64,000 nucleotides of DNA, taken from assembly GCA_963691875.1 (NCBI GenBank), contig OY829846.1, positions 3,648,001 through 3,712,000 of the forward strand, written 5' to 3'. The notes under the pieces are model-generated. The model saw nothing but the letters and a program-made list of their open reading frames with translations, was not told the origin of the DNA and searched no databases. The position numbers and the translations under genes are program-made. Below, piece by piece: positions 61,168 to 64,000 of the stretch; position 1 is the stretch's first letter, and each line of letters starts with the position of its first letter. Origin of the DNA: Aureliella sp. (lineage in GTDB: Bacteria > Planctomycetota > Planctomycetia > Pirellulales > Pirellulaceae).

Positions 61168-62659
61168 GCGGGAGAACACAATTTGTCGCGCGGCGATTGG
61201 TATCCTGTTTTTCCTTTTGCTTTGTCCTTTCGGTTTCTCCCAAGATCCGTCGCTGGCGGATGCGGTTGAGAATAAGCAAACGAAACGGATCGACAAGCTG
61301 TTTGACGACAAAGTGGACGTCAACGACGCGCAAGTCGATGGAATGACAGCACTTCATTGGGCTGTCTTCTATGACGATGCACCTCTCGTGAAGAAGCTCC
61401 TTCGTCGCACCGCGGACGCGGACCTCAAGAATCGCTACGGTATCACTGCTTTACATATTGCATGTCAGAACGGTAACGCAGAAATCGTTCAGGCCTTGCT
61501 GGAGGCCGGAGCGGATGTCAATCTAGAACAGAAAGGCGGTGAGACTCCGCTGATGACAGCCTCTCGCACCGGAAAGCCTGAACCAGTGAAGCTGCTTCTG
61601 AAGCACGGCGCGATAATAGACAGTGAAGAGCGGCGCAAGCAAACTGCACTCATGTGGGCGGCGGCCGAAGGGCATGTTGCGGTTGTTCAGGAACTACTCA
61701 ACTCCGGAGCTGACCTCAAACATGAATTAAAGTCTGGCTTCTCTGCACTTCACTTTGCGGTGCGAAATGGCCACACCAAAGCTGTGCGAGCTTTGATCGC
61801 CGCTGGTGCGGACGTCGACAGCTATATGAATCCGGCTAACACTGGAGGGCGCAACCCAAGACGCGGCATGACGCCGCTACACCTCGCTATTGAAAATGGA
61901 CACTATGAGCTTGGCCGCGTCTTGCTGGAACTCGGAGCAGACCCCAACGACCAGCGTTGCGGCTTCACTCCGTTGCACAACATTTCCTGGGTTCGCAAGC
62001 CGCCGCGCGGCGACAACGTCGATGGCGCACCACCACCGATCGGCTCTGGCACGATTACCAGTTTGCAGTTTGTTCGTGTGCTACACGAATTCGGGGCGGA
62101 GGTCGACTTGCAGCTCAAAAAAGGAAAGTCTGGTCGCGGCAGGATGAATCACAAAAGTGCCACTCCTTTCTTGTTTGCGGCGAGGCGTGACGATGTACCG
62201 TTGATGAAGTTGCTGCTAGAACTCGGAGCGGACCCGACCATCACTAACGCAGATGATTGCAATGCCCTGATGGTGGCTGCAGGAATCGGAACACATGCTC
62301 CAGGTGAAGAAGCCGGCACCGAGGAAGAAGCACTCGAAGCAGTCGCACTGTTGCTCGAGCTGGGCCTGGACGTGAATCACGTCGACAAGAACGGCGAGAC
62401 CGCCATGCATGGAGCTGCCTACAAAAGTTTGCCACGCATGATTAATTTCTTGGCAGTCAGTGGGGCAAAGGCGGAAGTTTGGAATAAGAAAAACAAATAC
62501 GGTTGGACGCCGACGCTTATTGCAGAAGGACATCGCGTCGGTAATTTCAAACCTGCGCCCGCTACGCTCAACGCTGTGTACCGTCAGCTGCGTGCGGCAG
62601 GTATACAACCTCCGCCGCTAACTCCGCGGGAAAAGCGCAAGGGCTATGATCAACCCTAA
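61148..62659 (+). CDS. Secreted ankyrin repeat protein
   Basis: About 10 ankyrin repeats (GMTALHWAV, GITALHIAC, GETPLMTAS, QTALMWAA, GFSALHFAV, GMTPLHLAI, GETAMHGAA) after an N-terminal hydrophobic segment. Exact start uncertain. Confidence 0.9.
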   Translation: MACSISERENTICRAAIGILFFLLLCPFGFSQDPSLADAVENKQTKRIDKLFDDKVDVNDAQVDGMTALHWAVFYDDAPLVKKLLRRTADADLKNRYGITALHIACQNGNAEIVQALLEAGADVNLEQKGGETPLMTASRTGKPEPVKLLLKHGAIIDSEERRKQTALMWAAAEGHVAVVQELLNSGADLKHELKSGFSALHFAVRNGHTKAVRALIAAGADVDSYMNPANTGGRNPRRGMTPLHLAIENGHYELGRVLLELGADPNDQRCGFTPLHNISWVRKPPRGDNVDGAPPPIGSGTITSLQFVRVLHEFGAEVDLQLKKGKSGRGRMNHKSATPFLFAARRDDVPLMKLLLELGADPTITNADDCNALMVAAGIGTHAPGEEAGTEEEALEAVALLLELGLDVNHVDKNGETAMHGAAYKSLPRMINFLAVSGAKAEVWNKKNKYGWTPTLIAEGHRVGNFKPAPATLNAVYRQLRAAGIQPPPLTPREKRKGYDQP

Positions 62660-62692
62660 CGCCACTCCACAAAGTTCCTTTAAGCTAAATCG

Positions 62693-63199
62693 ATGAACAA
62701 GAATCCAGTGGCGATCACGATGGTCACGCTGTTTGCAATCGCTTTTGTAGGCGCCGGGATATTGGTGAGCTCGGTGAACCGGAAAACCGCCAAATCTCTT
62801 GCTGGTGGTACCGTGGAATCGACTCCTCTGGAAGACGGAACGACTCGCTACCAATTAGAAGGCTGCAGGCTACCGTTTGAAGAGGAAGAACTTCTCGATT
62901 TGCTAGTTGGCTCCAGAGTCTCGCAAATCACGTTGAGGAAATGCACTCTGTCCGTCGCTGCTGTCGATGTATTAGTCAGCCTGGGTACGCTGCGTACGCT
63001 GACCGTTGATTCGCCGGAGGCGGAAGAAGAAGAGTTTGACTGGTTAATTTTCGGTCAGTTCATGAACTTGAAGAAACTGACGATGCTCAATTGTGATATC
63101 GGAAACGCGCAACTTGCTCAGCTTCACCAGATGCTGCCGAAAACTCAAGTCGTCCCAAGCGTGGCCGCGGCGAAAGCAAGTCCTGCAAGCACACCTTAG
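62693..63199 (+). CDS. Membrane-anchored protein with degenerate leucine-rich repeats
   Basis: N-terminal TM helix, LxxLxL motifs (LRTLTV, LKKLTM) and the planctomycete LRR-type ending L..LHQMLPKTQV. Confidence 0.55.
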   Translation: MNKNPVAITMVTLFAIAFVGAGILVSSVNRKTAKSLAGGTVESTPLEDGTTRYQLEGCRLPFEEEELLDLLVGSRVSQITLRKCTLSVAAVDVLVSLGTLRTLTVDSPEAEEEEFDWLIFGQFMNLKKLTMLNCDIGNAQLAQLHQMLPKTQVVPSVAAAKASPASTP

Positions 63200-63401
63200 T
63201 ATGCCGAACGCCAGTCCGAGTCGCCCGCCTTTTTGGCGATCCAGTTTGTCTTTGCCGAAGCCACACTGCCCAAGCTCTATCCATCGCGAATGAGGGCATC
63301 CGTATATCTAGGCGAGTCAGACGATATTTAGATGCAGGGTGACGTTCGTGCTCATTCCGCATGCATGCAGGACTTCGAACAAAGGAACCGAAGGCTAGGT
63401 A

Positions 63402-64000
63402 TTATTCGGGGAGTGTGGCGTCGTGATAGATTTCTTGCACGTCATCACAATCGTTAAGCATGCTCATGAACTTCTCGAACATCGGCAGCTCATCGGCTGG
63501 AATCTCATTGCGTGACTGAGGAACAAAAGCAATCTCTTCCACGGCGAGCTTAATATCCTCAAATGCTTCTGAAAGTGCTTGTCGAGCTTTGTTGAACTCC
63601 GCCGCGGGAGCGAACAAAGTCACCTGACCATTCTCAGTTTCAACATCTGTGACATCGACATCCGCTTCAAGCATCGCCTCCAGAACTGCATCGCCATCGT
63701 TGCCAGCAAAGACGAAAATTGCCAAATGATCGAAAGCGTGCGAAACCGATCCAGGAGCACCCATTTTCGAGTTCGTCTTGGTGAAGCAATTTCGAACATC
63801 GGTGATTGTGCGATTATTGTTATCGGTCAGGCAGTCTATGATGACCGAACAACCTCCAGGACCAAAGCCTTCGTAGCGAGCTGGCGTGTAGTCTTCTCCA
63901 CCAGCACCACTGGCCTTATCGATCGCTTTTTCAATCACATGGGCTGGTACTTGCTCTCGCTTTGCCTTATCGATGATGCTCCGCAAAGTCGGATTGGCCT
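63402..64000 (-). CDS. YebC/PmpR family protein (N-terminus beyond window end)
   Basis: [33 protein letters not shown]...F and L.DCDDVQ.IYH. Confidence 0.93.
   Translation of the reverse strand, partial: ANPTLRSIIDKAKREQVPAHVIEKAIDKASGAGGEDYTPARYEGFGPGGCSVIIDCLTDNNNRTITDVRNCFTKTNSKMGAPGSVSHAFDHLAIFVFAGNDGDAVLEAMLEADVDVTDVETENGQVTLFAPAAEFNKARQALSEAFEDIKLAVEEIAFVPQSRNEIPADELPMFEKFMSMLNDCDDVQEIYHDATLPE

Noticed and set aside
63200..63400. Possible small gene or remnant between the LRR-like gene and the yebC-like gene
   Set aside because: Short ORFs on both strands with no recognisable motif or RBS, so no call can be supported.

Overview
A 64 kb chromosomal window from a planctomycete, most likely Pirellulaceae. 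The assignment rests on planctomycete-typical families: PSD/DUF1592-DUF1552, a PVC-type haem-binding CxxCH protein, a planctomycete cytochrome c-WD40 fusion, DUF1559 and PQQ-like propellers. It holds intact housekeeping genes (selO, nadB, carA, a DinG-family helicase, fabH, PTS enzyme I, asnB, glgC, recO with bamD-like and lptE genes, a UvrD/PcrA helicase, rpmJ, glmS, a yebC-like gene) mixed with secreted proteins of unknown function. I found no rRNA, tRNA, CRISPR array, transposase, integrase or phage gene. The most striking feature is gene decay in accessory genes while core genes stay intact: an AAA ATPase, a CHAT-domain gene, a nitrilase with a single in-frame TGA, a deletion-fused acyl-CoA ligase/acyl-CoA dehydrogenase pair, a DUF1559 gene and an eroded 1.4 kb tract, plus a probable in-frame blade deletion in a PQQ-like propeller. 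The best candidates for functionally uncharacterised systems are the coupled dihaem PSD/DUF1592, Tat-exported DUF1552 and ankyrin operon, and the divergent NhaR-like LysR / HPF-like pair. Both are known gene neighbourhoods rather than demonstrably new systems. All calls come from motif recognition only; no database searches were run.
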